From positions 124,001-188,000 of the IMG/VR virus record IMGVR_UViG_3300027754_000034: a DNA stretch of 64,000 nt; one strand, written 5' to 3'. The notes under the pieces were generated by a model, which made no database searches, had not been told where the DNA came from, and saw only the letters and a program-made list of their open reading frames with translations. This document shows positions 29,499 through 38,279 of the stretch, piece after piece. Position 1 is the stretch's first letter, and each line of letters opens with the position of its first letter. Position numbers and translations under genes: made by a program.

Positions 29499-29571
29499 CA
29501 CCCCGTACGGGACTTGAACCCATTTACATGATTTGAAAGGACGCTGGCCTGACCGGGTAGTCTAACGGGGT
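29499..29571 (-). pseudogene. Degenerate tRNA-Glu(UUC)
   Basis: Acceptor ACCCCGT/ACGGGGT and T arm intact; anticodon stem GCGTC/ATCAT mostly unpaired. Confidence 0.7.
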
Positions 29572-29584
29572 ACATTCCTTTACT

Positions 29585-29884
29585 TTACTGTTTCTTTTTA
29601 TAAGGCAAAGGCGCCTCACCATTCCGAGCTAATTTACATACTTCTTCGTGCCCCAATCGGGCAGAATCCTCATCTTTATATTTAACCGTAAGTAACTCCG
29701 TTTTATTACTTACGGTTACGAATTCATGAACTTCTAAAATGCTCTCCATCCGTGGATTTTCATAATTATTAAAGAAAACCATAGTCTCGTAAGGATAACT
29801 AAGATTAATAGATAATGATGGAAGGAAATTCGTAGAAACGAGATAAAATACCCCGTTGCATAAAATGTCATCTTTCAGGTTCAT
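29585..29884 (-). CDS. Hypothetical protein, paralog of 33364..33735
   Basis: YPYETMVF...KY..E..A..GH. Confidence 0.6.
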   Translation of the reverse strand: MNLKDDILCNGVFYLVSTNFLPSLSINLSYPYETMVFFNNYENPRMESILEVHEFVTVSNKTELLTVKYKDEDSARLGHEEVCKLARNGEAPLPYKKKQ

Positions 29885-30327
29885 GATTCCATCACATTCT
29901 CGATCACCAGTTCATCCGTCGCTTCTTGAAAGGCTGCGAACCAAACTTCACGTGAAACCTTAGAAGTCCACTTACTTTTCATGATATCCTTGAATTTGGT
30001 TTTGATCCGTTCGACCATCACGTCTTCTAGATATAATTTGGCTTCGGTTTCCTGAATAGTGGTGACCGATGCAGGCACAATCCAGAGCCTCCATACCGAC
30101 CCTTCACCATGATTTTTGCCCGGGTCCCAATTATGCGGTTCTGACATTCCTTTGTTGCAGTCGGAACAGAACCCGTAAACTTTGCGAGACATTAGCCATG
30201 GTGAGGTATTGACACCCGAAGAATACGTGACTCTATAAAAATGTCTTGATTTTTTACGACAAAAATCAATTTCCGGGGTGCCATTTTGTCTTTTCGTTCC
30301 GCGATCAACATTCTTAAAACAGCGCAT
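29881..30327 (-). CDS. Hypothetical Cys-rich protein with shared C-terminal tag
   Basis: AGGAG RBS; ends DELVIENVMES*. Confidence 0.7.
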   Translation of the reverse strand: MRCFKNVDRGTKRQNGTPEIDFCRKKSRHFYRVTYSSGVNTSPWLMSRKVYGFCSDCNKGMSEPHNWDPGKNHGEGSVWRLWIVPASVTTIQETEAKLYLEDVMVERIKTKFKDIMKSKWTSKVSREVWFAAFQEATDELVIENVMES

Positions 30328-30348
30328 CTTTTTCTCCTATGGATGCAT

Positions 30349-31044
30349 TTACTTCATCAAATCATCGGAAATAATATTCAATTTGTTAATAATATCTGGA
30401 GATTTCTCTTGCAGCAGGGGAATTAAGATATTGCGAACCCACACCCTAAGAAATTCTTCATTATTATTAGAAGGATCTTCTGCACATGTCAGATCCCATC
30501 GTTTAGCATATCCCAGGATATCTTGCTTACTTGCCTTCAAGAGGGGTCGAAATAAGGCCAAATGAGTATCCCGCACAGGGATGTATTGGATTTCCGGAAG
30601 AACCGCTAAACTTCCAGCAGAAGTCGCTCGCATCATTCGAATGAGAACAGTTTCTGCTCTATCATCTCGATGATGGGCAGTTACCAGATTCGCCCCAATT
30701 TCATATGCCTTATTCCACAAGGCACAATAACGACCTTCTCGAGCTCGGGCTTGTAAATTGCCACCCTTCTCGATAGTGATTCTTTCTCGAATGAACGGGA
30801 TGGACTCATGTCGGCAAAGCGATTCTGCTGAATCCAGTTCAGAATCCGCCTCCGGTCGGAGTCCATGATTCACACCCATGGCCCATATACGGTGTCCCTG
30901 GGCTTTCGCGACGTGAGAAAAGCCCTTGATTAACACTTGACTATCTGAGCCGCCAGAGACGGCCAAGAGAAAGCGGAAAGGGCCATCGAAGTGCCTCTTC
31001 AGAGCAGCTTCAATTTCCTGATTGATGATGGCCCTCCCGCTCAT
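30349..31044 (-). CDS. tilS: tRNA(Ile)-lysidine synthetase (catalytic domain only)
   Basis: AVSGGSDS PP-loop, VNHGLR, AREGRY, TAHHRDDRAET, RPLL, EDPSN, R..VRN. Confidence 0.92.
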   Translation of the reverse strand: MSGRAIINQEIEAALKRHFDGPFRFLLAVSGGSDSQVLIKGFSHVAKAQGHRIWAMGVNHGLRPEADSELDSAESLCRHESIPFIRERITIEKGGNLQARAREGRYCALWNKAYEIGANLVTAHHRDDRAETVLIRMMRATSAGSLAVLPEIQYIPVRDTHLALFRPLLKASKQDILGYAKRWDLTCAEDPSNNNEEFLRVWVRNILIPLLQEKSPDIINKLNIISDDLMK

Positions 31045-31049
31045 TTTTA

Positions 31050-31394
31050 TTAGGCCTCCCCGATCGTTCCGAAAGTCTCAGCCGCCACCCGTGGTCCTTC
31101 ACCACGAACAATCACTGACATGTAATTGCCTGGCACTCCAAACATGTCGAAGAATGACTGGGTTAGAGTACCTCTTGCCATCAACGGAATATGCTTAGCA
31201 TCCTTGAGGGCTGCAATTTGTTCGTCCGAGATACGCGATCCAGATCGGATCTCGGTAGCTCGCGACATCTGGTGAATCACCAAGATGAGGTTTTCGAATT
31301 CCTCATCACTGCAGACAACGCTCGTCATGGTCCAAGGACCCGGATCTCCATTTGGGGAAGTTTCATGAAAGACATAATCGTGTAGTGTTGCCAT
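31050..31394 (-). CDS. Hypothetical protein
   Basis: Directly after promoter cassette and AC-rich leader. Confidence 0.6.
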   Translation of the reverse strand: MATLHDYVFHETSPNGDPGPWTMTSVVCSDEEFENLILVIHQMSRATEIRSGSRISDEQIAALKDAKHIPLMARGTLTQSFFDMFGVPGNYMSVIVRGEGPRVAAETFGTIGEA

Positions 31395-31425
31395 GTGTTT
31401 ACCTGTGTGTGTGCGCCCACCAGGA

Positions 31426-31450
31426 AGACGCAGCGCGCGCGCCGACTGTC
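31426..31450 (-). promoter_or_regulatory. ECF-like promoter motif in repeated cassette
   Basis: Matches the 10020 copy over more than 50 bp. Confidence 0.75.
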
Positions 31451-31484
31451 ACCATTCTCTTCAGAATATGTAAATATATGTATG

Positions 31485-31829
31485 TCAGAGTTTGACCCAA
31501 TGCGCAAACTTTTCTGCGGGAAGATTGTCTGGGATACTTGTGTCAGCTATCACCACCATTTTGTCAGGATCCCACATAATTTGTCCAATGGCCTCCTGAA
31601 CAACGGAATCTGCCATACAGGCCCCCGTAACTATTATGAAATCTCCCGGATTGTAACTCGACCAGAATGAATTCAAAATAGAGTCGTCCAGGATTTCAAT
31701 ATCCAGAATGCGAGGCTCCTTTCCCTTTTTCCAAGCCTCCTCCTTGGCCATCATTTCTGCAGCATTCTGAGATACTGCCGTTAGCAGGATCGGCTTTCCG
31801 AAAATAATTTGATCACTAAGCGTCGTCAT
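31485..31829 (-). CDS. Hypothetical protein (start revised to MTTLSDQ)
   Basis: GGAGG RBS after promoter motif. Confidence 0.55.
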   Translation of the reverse strand: MTTLSDQIIFGKPILLTAVSQNAAEMMAKEEAWKKGKEPRILDIEILDDSILNSFWSSYNPGDFIIVTGACMADSVVQEAIGQIMWDPDKMVVIADTSIPDNLPAEKFAHWVKL

Positions 31830-31846
31830 GCGGACCTCCACCGGAC

Positions 31847-31871
31847 AGACGCAGCGGCAGCGGCGACTGTC
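31847..31871 (-). promoter_or_regulatory. ECF-like promoter motif
   Basis: agacg-cagcggcagcggcga-ctgtc. Confidence 0.7.
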
Positions 31872-32033
31872 GTCACCGCTTCATTACATGCTGTATTTGA
31901 GCTTTGGGAATACAATTCTCCATCCTTGTAGCGAGATCCCCATCCATGTTTTCTCTCAGGAGATCTTTCCAAATATTAAGTTCATCCGGAGATAAAACCG
32001 ACACATTCTTGATCAAATCCTCGATTTTGTCTT

Positions 32034-32360
32034 TCATGAATTTTCGCCTTCCTTCATAAACCGGGCAACTTCAAGCAATCTACGTATGGCGCTATCCTTT
32101 TGTGATAGTGCCATACTCCAATGATCACGGCAGTCTTGAGACTTCTCGTAAATCTGCGTGTCTACGGTGCGTGGGTACAGAACGAAGTGTTCATTGACCA
32201 CATTTTCGGCATCCAGAAGGCCCATAAGAGCAACCTCAACATCCTGTGTGGTATTTGGGAATGTACGTACATTCTTCTTCTCTACCTCAATTTCCCTCCG
32301 AAGATTCGCCACGGCAACTTCCAAAATTGCCAAGTTCACGTTCAGGTTATGATCGTTCAT
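32034..32360 (-). CDS. Hypothetical protein
   Basis: ORF track. Confidence 0.5.
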   Translation of the reverse strand: MNDHNLNVNLAILEVAVANLRREIEVEKKNVRTFPNTTQDVEVALMGLLDAENVVNEHFVLYPRTVDTQIYEKSQDCRDHWSMALSQKDSAIRRLLEVARFMKEGENS

Positions 32361-32399
32361 ATTTATTCCACTCTGGTTTTTTAATCGGGGTGTTAAATT

Positions 32400-32894
32400 A
32401 TGATTAGGTTAGCGGCTTTAGTAGAAAGTCTCTTCGGCAAATTTGGGACCAGTGATATTGCAAATGCATTCTGGGGGATGGCATTCGACTGGGCTGATAA
32501 AAACCGTGCTTCCCTGCGGGTAAGTGTTCGTAAAACTGCCGGTGAGATTCACAAAAGATCAGTAACAGACGATGAAGCTGATGATATTGCAGACCACATA
32601 ATATATTACATACTGGAAAGAATAGACGTTTCGAACCCCATGGCCAATTCTCTTAAGCAGAAGTTAGAGAATCTTGGTCCAAGGGACGATAAAGAAGACA
32701 TCATATTAGAATTTGTGAAGTCATACTTGAATGAAGATCGTCTTTCTACTCTCTGGGACAGAAACGAAATCGAAGGATATTTAGACCGGGAAAAGCACCC
32801 TGTGCTACGCCAAGTATCCAGCATGATTACGAATCTAAAGAAGATGGAAAGTAATCAAATGAAAAAGTTCGCTTCAATCTTAAAGCATAACTGA
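32400..32894 (+). CDS. Hypothetical protein with 'RLAA' N-terminus
   Basis: Plus-strand gene within the minus-strand arm. Confidence 0.55.
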   Translation: MIRLAALVESLFGKFGTSDIANAFWGMAFDWADKNRASLRVSVRKTAGEIHKRSVTDDEADDIADHIIYYILERIDVSNPMANSLKQKLENLGPRDDKEDIILEFVKSYLNEDRLSTLWDRNEIEGYLDREKHPVLRQVSSMITNLKKMESNQMKKFASILKHN

Positions 32895-32951
32895 TGATTA
32901 CTTCAGCTTACCGGCCATTTCTCTAAATATATGGCATATGCAAGTGAAATT

Positions 32952-32995
32952 AATGTGTCCGAAAGCGGCTTGCAGATGCCGCTTTCGGACACATT
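32952..32995. terminator. Bidirectional hairpin between convergent genes
   Basis: aatgtgtccgaaagcggc...gccgctttcggacacatt. Confidence 0.7.
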
Positions 32996-32999
32996 CCGC

Positions 33000-33260
33000 T
33001 CAGAATTCCGAATCTTTGAATGAGTGACCCTTGACGCCGACCATGATCGCCCTGGTCAGCTGCGCCCCCTCCCATTCAGCCCCGGTCAGATCCGCCCTGG
33101 TCAGGTCCGCCCTGGTCAGGATCGTGTTGCTCAGGTTCGCGAAGGTCAGGTTTGTGTCAACCAGACACGCCCCGCTCAGGTTCGCGAAGGTCAGGTTTGC
33201 AAAGTGCAGGTTTGCTCCGCTCAGGTTCGCGTTGAGCATCCACGCATCGCTCAGGTTCGC
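33000..33260 (-). pseudogene. 5'-truncated pentapeptide-repeat gene fused to a promoter cassette
   Basis: ANLSD/ANLTF repeats start immediately after the motif copy, with no N-terminal domain. Confidence 0.6.
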
Positions 33261-33267
33261 AACAGGA

Positions 33268-33292
33268 AGACGCAGCGAGTGCGCCGACTGTC
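33268..33292 (-). promoter_or_regulatory. ECF-like promoter motif (duplicate of 34017 copy)
   Basis: cgcaacaggaagacgcagcgagtgcgccgactgtcgcgaatttttcgaacccaaa. Confidence 0.72.
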
Positions 33293-33363
33293 GCGAATTT
33301 TTCGAACCCAAAAACTCTGTGTCTTTCGACTGATATTGTTACCTTCTAACTATATACGGGTGG

Positions 33364-33735
33364 TTAGGTTCGCGTTGAGAATATGGCGACAAGGCGAGTT
33401 ACCATCGATTCATGTCCGCCGACAGCTTCAACCTCATTGATATACCTGTCCGATTCTATTTCGGACCAGTTGATCTGTTCGCCTTCCACGGAGGCGTACA
33501 CCATGGTCTCCCATGGATATTCCAATGGATCGTAGTGATCATTTCTGACCTTATATGTTGTTACCACCGCTTCCCCCGTGGGGGATGCACTGGTATTAAT
33601 AAACGTTTTCATTTGTTCTGCCTGTCGTTCCACATGCTTGATTGGTTGCCCGCTTTGACTCACCATCCACGATTTCTCCGTCAGCCACTTTTTAATCATG
33701 GCAGAATGCCCAGCTGCAGCTACTTGTTCGTCCAC
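33364..33735 (-). CDS. Hypothetical protein (YxxETMV family)
   Basis: YPWETMVY...RY..E.EA..GH. Confidence 0.6.
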   Translation of the reverse strand: MDEQVAAAGHSAMIKKWLTEKSWMVSQSGQPIKHVERQAEQMKTFINTSASPTGEAVVTTYKVRNDHYDPLEYPWETMVYASVEGEQINWSEIESDRYINEVEAVGGHESMVTRLVAIFSTRT

Positions 33736-33790
33736 ATAACTGACAAGCTCGAGATCGAGGAAATTGAGGGCTTCGTCCGTGAGACTGGAG

Positions 33791-33979
33791 TCACTTCTTC
33801 GGCACGAGATCGAAGTTTAGCCGGAGATACTCGAGCATGTAGTGGAGGTCGGCGGCATCGCTCTCGACCGTGGTGCGGCTCTTGTGGGCCGTGTGGGTGA
33901 GGCCATTGGCCATCTTGCAGGCCTTCTCGAGGCCTGCATCGTGGAGGTCGGGATGGAGGTGGGACTTGTCGTTGCTCAT
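33791..33979 (-). CDS. Small GC-rich hypothetical protein
   Basis: Directly downstream of promoter motif. Confidence 0.5.
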   Translation of the reverse strand: MSNDKSHLHPDLHDAGLEKACKMANGLTHTAHKSRTTVESDAADLHYMLEYLRLNFDLVPKK

Positions 33980-34016
33980 GGTTCTACCCTAGCTGCTATG
34001 GCCCGCCGCAACAGGA

Positions 34017-34041
34017 AGACGCAGCGAATGCGCCGACTGTC
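34017..34041 (-). promoter_or_regulatory. ECF-like promoter motif
   Basis: agacg-cagcgaatgcgccga-ctgtc. Confidence 0.72.
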
Positions 34042-34139
34042 GCGAATTTTTCGAACCCAAATATTTATGATATATGATACGAAGTCATGCCATCCTTCGC
34101 GAACCGTGCGGCAGTGCCTTATGGATGGGTGAAAATATT

Positions 34140-34493
34140 CTAGTTCAATTGCAAAACTTCAAAAGAATCGGGTCCGGTCGAATAAACAACCTTCCGGACT
34201 CCACGACGACGAAGCATACGCTCACAGTTATGGCATGGTTTAGCCATTGCCAAATCCCCATTCCTAGACGCTCTCGCCACCCAGACGATAGCGCCAACAT
34301 CAAGTTTGGAACAAAGCCGGGTTTCCGCATGAATCATCGCACACTTATCTCGTGCGGCACCATTATAACTAGAAACAAAAGCACCATCTGCCCGAAGCCC
34401 TAAGGCACCAACCCAGAAAGAACGTTCATCCTTCCTCTTGGAGCCGAGACGAGCTGCCTGCTCCAGCAGGCCCAGGTCTTCTTTTCGCGACAT
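34140..34493 (-). CDS. Zn-dependent deaminase, CDA/TadA/dCMP-deaminase superfamily
   Basis: VGA...N...HAE...KPCHNC...GVRKVVYS. Confidence 0.88.
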   Translation of the reverse strand: MSRKEDLGLLEQAARLGSKRKDERSFWVGALGLRADGAFVSSYNGAARDKCAMIHAETRLCSKLDVGAIVWVARASRNGDLAMAKPCHNCERMLRRRGVRKVVYSTGPDSFEVLQLN

Positions 34494-34494
34494 A

Positions 34495-34917
34495 TCAATA
34501 ATGTTTCACAAGTCGCGCATTCACTATTCCGAGTTCCAGTACTCCGAAGTTTGTGTCAAATCGGCAAGCGATAATGTCGCCGTGATATTCTATCATTTGT
34601 CCTTCACGAACCCTCAGCGTCTGCTCGTCATTCGAAAGACGCAAGTAAATATCCGGGACGGATACTATTGCCTCGTCCATGTCTGCAGTGATTTTCCCTG
34701 AACGGCTCACATTTACCACGTAGCTGTTCAGATGAGCTTCGTGCCCTGTGAGGGCTTCACAAGCTTTTTCGGCTTGGAATCCGGTAAGCTTACGCATTCG
34801 GAATTCTGAACGAATTTGGAAATATTCCGATGTAGTAAGTACCGAACTCGCCTTGGCTAACGGATCGATGAAAAGGATTGAAAATGCTAGAACGGCTGCT
34901 GTTGCGATCTTCTTCAT
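34495..34917 (-). CDS. Secreted OB-fold-like protein
   Basis: Signal peptide MKKIATAAVLAFSILF...AKA; L..GQ.I...G. Confidence 0.5.
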   Translation of the reverse strand: MKKIATAAVLAFSILFIDPLAKASSVLTTSEYFQIRSEFRMRKLTGFQAEKACEALTGHEAHLNSYVVNVSRSGKITADMDEAIVSVPDIYLRLSNDEQTLRVREGQMIEYHGDIIACRFDTNFGVLELGIVNARLVKHY

Positions 34918-34944
34918 AATTCCTCCAGAAGATTAGAATCTTCG

Positions 34945-35018
34945 CGCCCTCGGGTGGACTCGAACCACCGACCTGTCGCTTAGAAGGCGAATGCTCTATC
35001 CAATTGAGCTACGAGGGC
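34945..35018 (-). tRNA. tRNA-Arg(UCU)
   Basis: GCCCTCG/CGAGGGC acceptor, TCGC-CTTCTAA-GCGA. Confidence 0.92.
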
Positions 35019-35107
35019 AATTTTTGGTTTTCATTTACCGCGAACGTAAAACCAATAAAACCGTACTCCGTCCAATTAGGACGAATACCATGTTCACGAG
35101 CGGGATT

Positions 35108-35326
35108 TTAAAATCTCATCCAGTTCTCGGGTTCACCTGAAGAAATGGCTTTTTTGGCCTCTTCCTCGGTTTCGAAGTAGATAGACTCCCGAGAGTAGGG
35201 TCCACAGTAACAAGCTGTTCCGAGGTACCACCCCGCGCCGGAACGGAGCGGTTGGAGGACCAGCTTAATATTACAACTGCCGCAGGTATCAGCGGCTCCA
35301 GACAGTATAGTTTCGCCTGCAATCAT
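35108..35326 (-). CDS. Small Cys-containing phage protein (start revised to MIAGET)
   Basis: SGAGWYLGTAC.CGPYSRES.YF.T.EEA. Confidence 0.65.
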   Translation of the reverse strand: MIAGETILSGAADTCGSCNIKLVLQPLRSGAGWYLGTACYCGPYSRESIYFETEEEAKKAISSGEPENWMRF

Positions 35327-35362
35327 TTGTGTTCTTCCTGTGTGTGTGTGCGTCTCTCGGGT

Positions 35363-35387
35363 AGACGCTGCGCGCGCGCCGACTGTC
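35363..35387 (-). promoter_or_regulatory. ECF-like promoter motif in repeated cassette
   Basis: agacg-ctgcgcgcgcgccga-ctgtcaccattctcttcagaat. Confidence 0.72.
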
Positions 35388-35429
35388 ACCATTCTCTTCA
35401 GAATATTTCTCCATCAGGACATTTTTGGG

Positions 35430-35993
35430 TCATTTATTCAAAAGGTGTCGATTCAGCAAATGCTGAAAAGGGCGGATTTCAAACATGGCTTCCTGAACCA
35501 TTCTCACCCAGGTAGAAGAATGGAAAAAATTGGGTCCAGGTTTTTCCAGGAAATTCCAGAACCCCAGGAAATCGGTATTATGTCCGATTTTCCGATTCAT
35601 CCGGTCGGTCGGATCTACCCAGGGGTTTGTCACCATCCATGATGGTCTGCCTCTTCGAATTTGAAAAAGACAGGGTTCCCAGTCCAATATATGACACATA
35701 CTGGACGAAAATAATATATTATTTCGGTTTAAATCTCCATGCACTAGACCGAAATAATAAGCTAAATCCAAAGATTTGGCTAGGCTGATTTTTTGCCTAG
35801 AGGACAACTCACCATAGTTTATTTTTTCGCCGGGCGAGCGAGAAGATTCCCTTACTACATTATCCTTCAATACAGTAAATTTTACTTGAACAGGAATCCT
35901 GACCGAAATCTTTTCAATCACGGCGATTCTATCTAGAACTTGGTCCCAAGGGCAAAGAAGGTCTTCTCTTTTATAAGATTTTTGGAAGATCAA
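35430..35993 (-). CDS. Protein-kinase-like (APH/PKL) protein
   Basis: VHGDLNRNNILF...ILDWE. Confidence 0.7.
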   Translation of the reverse strand: MIFQKSYKREDLLCPWDQVLDRIAVIEKISVRIPVQVKFTVLKDNVVRESSRSPGEKINYGELSSRQKISLAKSLDLAYYFGLVHGDLNRNNILFSSSMCHILDWEPCLFQIRRGRPSWMVTNPWVDPTDRMNRKIGHNTDFLGFWNFLEKPGPNFFHSSTWVRMVQEAMFEIRPFQHLLNRHLLNK

Positions 35994-36199
35994 CCGAGCT
36001 TCCTTAGTTTATCATTCAATTCTTCAATTTTATCTCGCAAAAATTTGCGCATCGCCTGATTGGCTTTCGACTCTTCCTGGAACGTTAAGTCGTTCTTTAC
36101 GTATCCGTGTCCCACGATGTGATAACCATCGGGGTCACTACGGATTGCATCCGAACGCTTCACTTCTTCTTTTGACGAGTCGATAAACCAAAGCTTCAT
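35990..36199 (-). CDS. Hypothetical protein
   Basis: ATGA-coupled operon. Confidence 0.5.
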   Translation of the reverse strand: MKLWFIDSSKEEVKRSDAIRSDPDGYHIVGHGYVKNDLTFQEESKANQAMRKFLRDKIEELNDKLRKLG

Positions 36200-36624
36200 T
36201 TTATATGAACTTTACAAGTCCGTTTATTATGACCGAGTTCGTAACAAATCGAACATCGATTGAAGCCGATTTGGGTTCTCGGCGGACTTGAAATTCGCAT
36301 CCTAGAATTCTTCTTTTTAAAGAATTCCGGGGGTTTGGGTCTGCAAGTTTCCATTATGTCGATTTCAAGACCCAAAACGAATAAAACTTTTCGAAATACA
36401 AGTTCGCTGATTGATTCTTGTCGAAGCATTCCACGAATTCTTGCAGAAGTCACACCGACTCTGCGAGCCAAATCGCTCTTGGTCCAATTTAGATCTTTTA
36501 GCCTGAAATCAATGACCTCTGAAAAAGTAAAATTTTGATTCAAATTACTACCATTTGGGAATACGTTTCCAAATGTAATGATAGCCTTTCTCACCCGGTA
36601 AATTACAACGGCAAAGACTCCCAC
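36196..36624 (-). CDS. XRE-type HTH regulator with C-terminal zinc knuckle
   Basis: WTKSDLARRVGVTSARI; CSICYELGHNKRTC. Confidence 0.75.
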   Translation of the reverse strand: MGVFAVVIYRVRKAIITFGNVFPNGSNLNQNFTFSEVIDFRLKDLNWTKSDLARRVGVTSARIRGMLRQESISELVFRKVLFVLGLEIDIMETCRPKPPEFFKKKNSRMRISSPPRTQIGFNRCSICYELGHNKRTCKVHIK

Positions 36625-36690
36625 TGTATTTGATACAATATATCAGCATGCCGTGTCAAATATGTGCTATATATTTGACACGGCATTCGG

Positions 36691-36775
36691 CGGAAGAAGA
36701 GGGATTCGAACCCACGGTGGGTTTCCCCACGGCTGATTAGTAATCAGCTGCCTTAAACCACTCGGCCATTCTTCC
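36691..36775 (-). tRNA. tRNA-Ser with rare ACU anticodon
   Basis: GGAAGAA acceptor, GCTGA-TTACTAA-TCAGC, long variable arm GTGGG-GAAA-CCCAC, G73. Confidence 0.9.
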
Positions 36776-36780
36776 TAGTA

Positions 36781-37221
36781 TCAGCCGTAATTTCGGACGA
36801 TGTGGAAGTTCCACCATTTGAGAGGTCGGAACCTTCGCAAACGGTCGGAAAGATCCATGATCGTCCGAAGCGGGACATTATGAATGTTCCGATCGGAGCA
36901 CAGATCCACATCAGCGTCGATTCGGATGATGCGGGAATCACATCCAAACGCGTTGGCGAGCGCCATGTAAGGCGCGCATTCAAGCTCAGTGGTGTTTGTA
37001 TTATCAATGATCACCTCTGGGGCACCAGAGGTTACAGCTTCTACTGCTCTCTTGAAGCAGTTCCCATGAGCCCATGATAGCTGCGTTTTATCGAATTTGT
37101 AAACCCCATTCACTTCAAAGAAGTGTTCGGAGCTACAAATTACGGCGTTCTGAAAGTGGGCTTTCGTGTAATGGGTTTTACCTGAGCCAGGAAGACCCTG
37201 CATAATGTATAATTTAGTCAT
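36781..37221 (-). CDS. P-loop kinase, polynucleotide-kinase/AAA_33-like
   Basis: MQGLPGSGKT, IIDNTN, RNIHNVP. Confidence 0.85.
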   Translation of the reverse strand: MTKLYIMQGLPGSGKTHYTKAHFQNAVICSSEHFFEVNGVYKFDKTQLSWAHGNCFKRAVEAVTSGAPEVIIDNTNTTELECAPYMALANAFGCDSRIIRIDADVDLCSDRNIHNVPLRTIMDLSDRLRRFRPLKWWNFHIVRNYG

Positions 37222-37275
37222 AACCTATTTTACAGACCAAACTGGTAGTAGAATTTTCTCTTTCTAGTATCCATC

Positions 37276-38273
37276 ATTAAGTGAGGTATATGGAATATTG
37301 AGAAAATATTCCATATACCTCACTTAATTTTTCACAAATTCTAGGCCTCAGTTGATTTCTATGACCTTCCCCTCTTCCAAGAGTACTATATACTCTTTCT
37401 GGCCGAATCCGCAGAAAGTAACGGTATTCCTTTCACTATCATGATGCCCTATATAGAAGAAAGGTATATTATACCTCACTCTAAGATAGTCTAATGAATC
37501 TTGATTCATGGGATCCTATTTCTTAGAATAGGCTTAATCCTCACAATTTCTCTTTCGAGAATATATGGCATGAATGCTAGAAATTCATGCCATATATGTT
37601 TCACTTGCCGATGAATGCGAGTCCAGTTAGAATGATGCCTCTTTCAGTACCAATTAATCACTTGATCAGGTTTTATTTTTCCGGGTGTGGTGGGTTGGGG
37701 ATCGAGCAAGAGATATGGCATAAATTTTAGAAACCTATGCCATATCTGTGCGTGTGTGTTTGTTGTGTGGTGCTATGGGGATCGGTCTCGCTACCCATCT
37801 CCATTCAAGTTTGGCTCGCTTTGATCTCAAATCTCGATCCTAACCCAGGGGTCTTCCGCCTGGGTTAGGATCGAGCAAAATATATCCTAGGGGTTCAAGC
37901 GAATCCTGCCACCCATCCGGCGACTTCTCGGCCTTGGGCAGACATGACGATCCCATTGATTCGAATGAGTGCCAATGGGTTCCGATGTAAAAGTTCTCCC
38001 CGTCCACCGTCAGAGCAAGATGGAGTGCTTCTCCTCGAGCCAGTGTATCCCCCCTAGGAATGCTTCGAATTTCTTTTATAGTTCCTCCAAATGTATGGCA
38101 TAAATGTTAGAAATCTATGCCATACATGATGTGTGTTTGTAGGGTGGTGCTTTGTTATTTAAATATCAAGTAACCGGATATTTAAATAACAGAGCACCAC
38201 CACCCTTTCGGATGGTGGTGCTCAGGTTCGCCCGGTTCAGATGGGCCGGTCTTGCGACCGGCCCATCTGAACC
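37276..38273. other. Hairpin-dense, apparently non-coding ~1-kb region
   Basis: 24-bp stem at 37276-37328; three 37-nt related inverted repeats (37561, 37711, 38091); further stems at 37833, 38152, 38192, 38234. Confidence 0.75.
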
Positions 38274-38279
38274 TCCTCC

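Noticed and set aside
36196-36624. C-terminus CKVHIK (and MARLHKQ of 407..889) as tag members
   Set aside because: The first is the end of a zinc knuckle and the second fits only loosely; neither was counted
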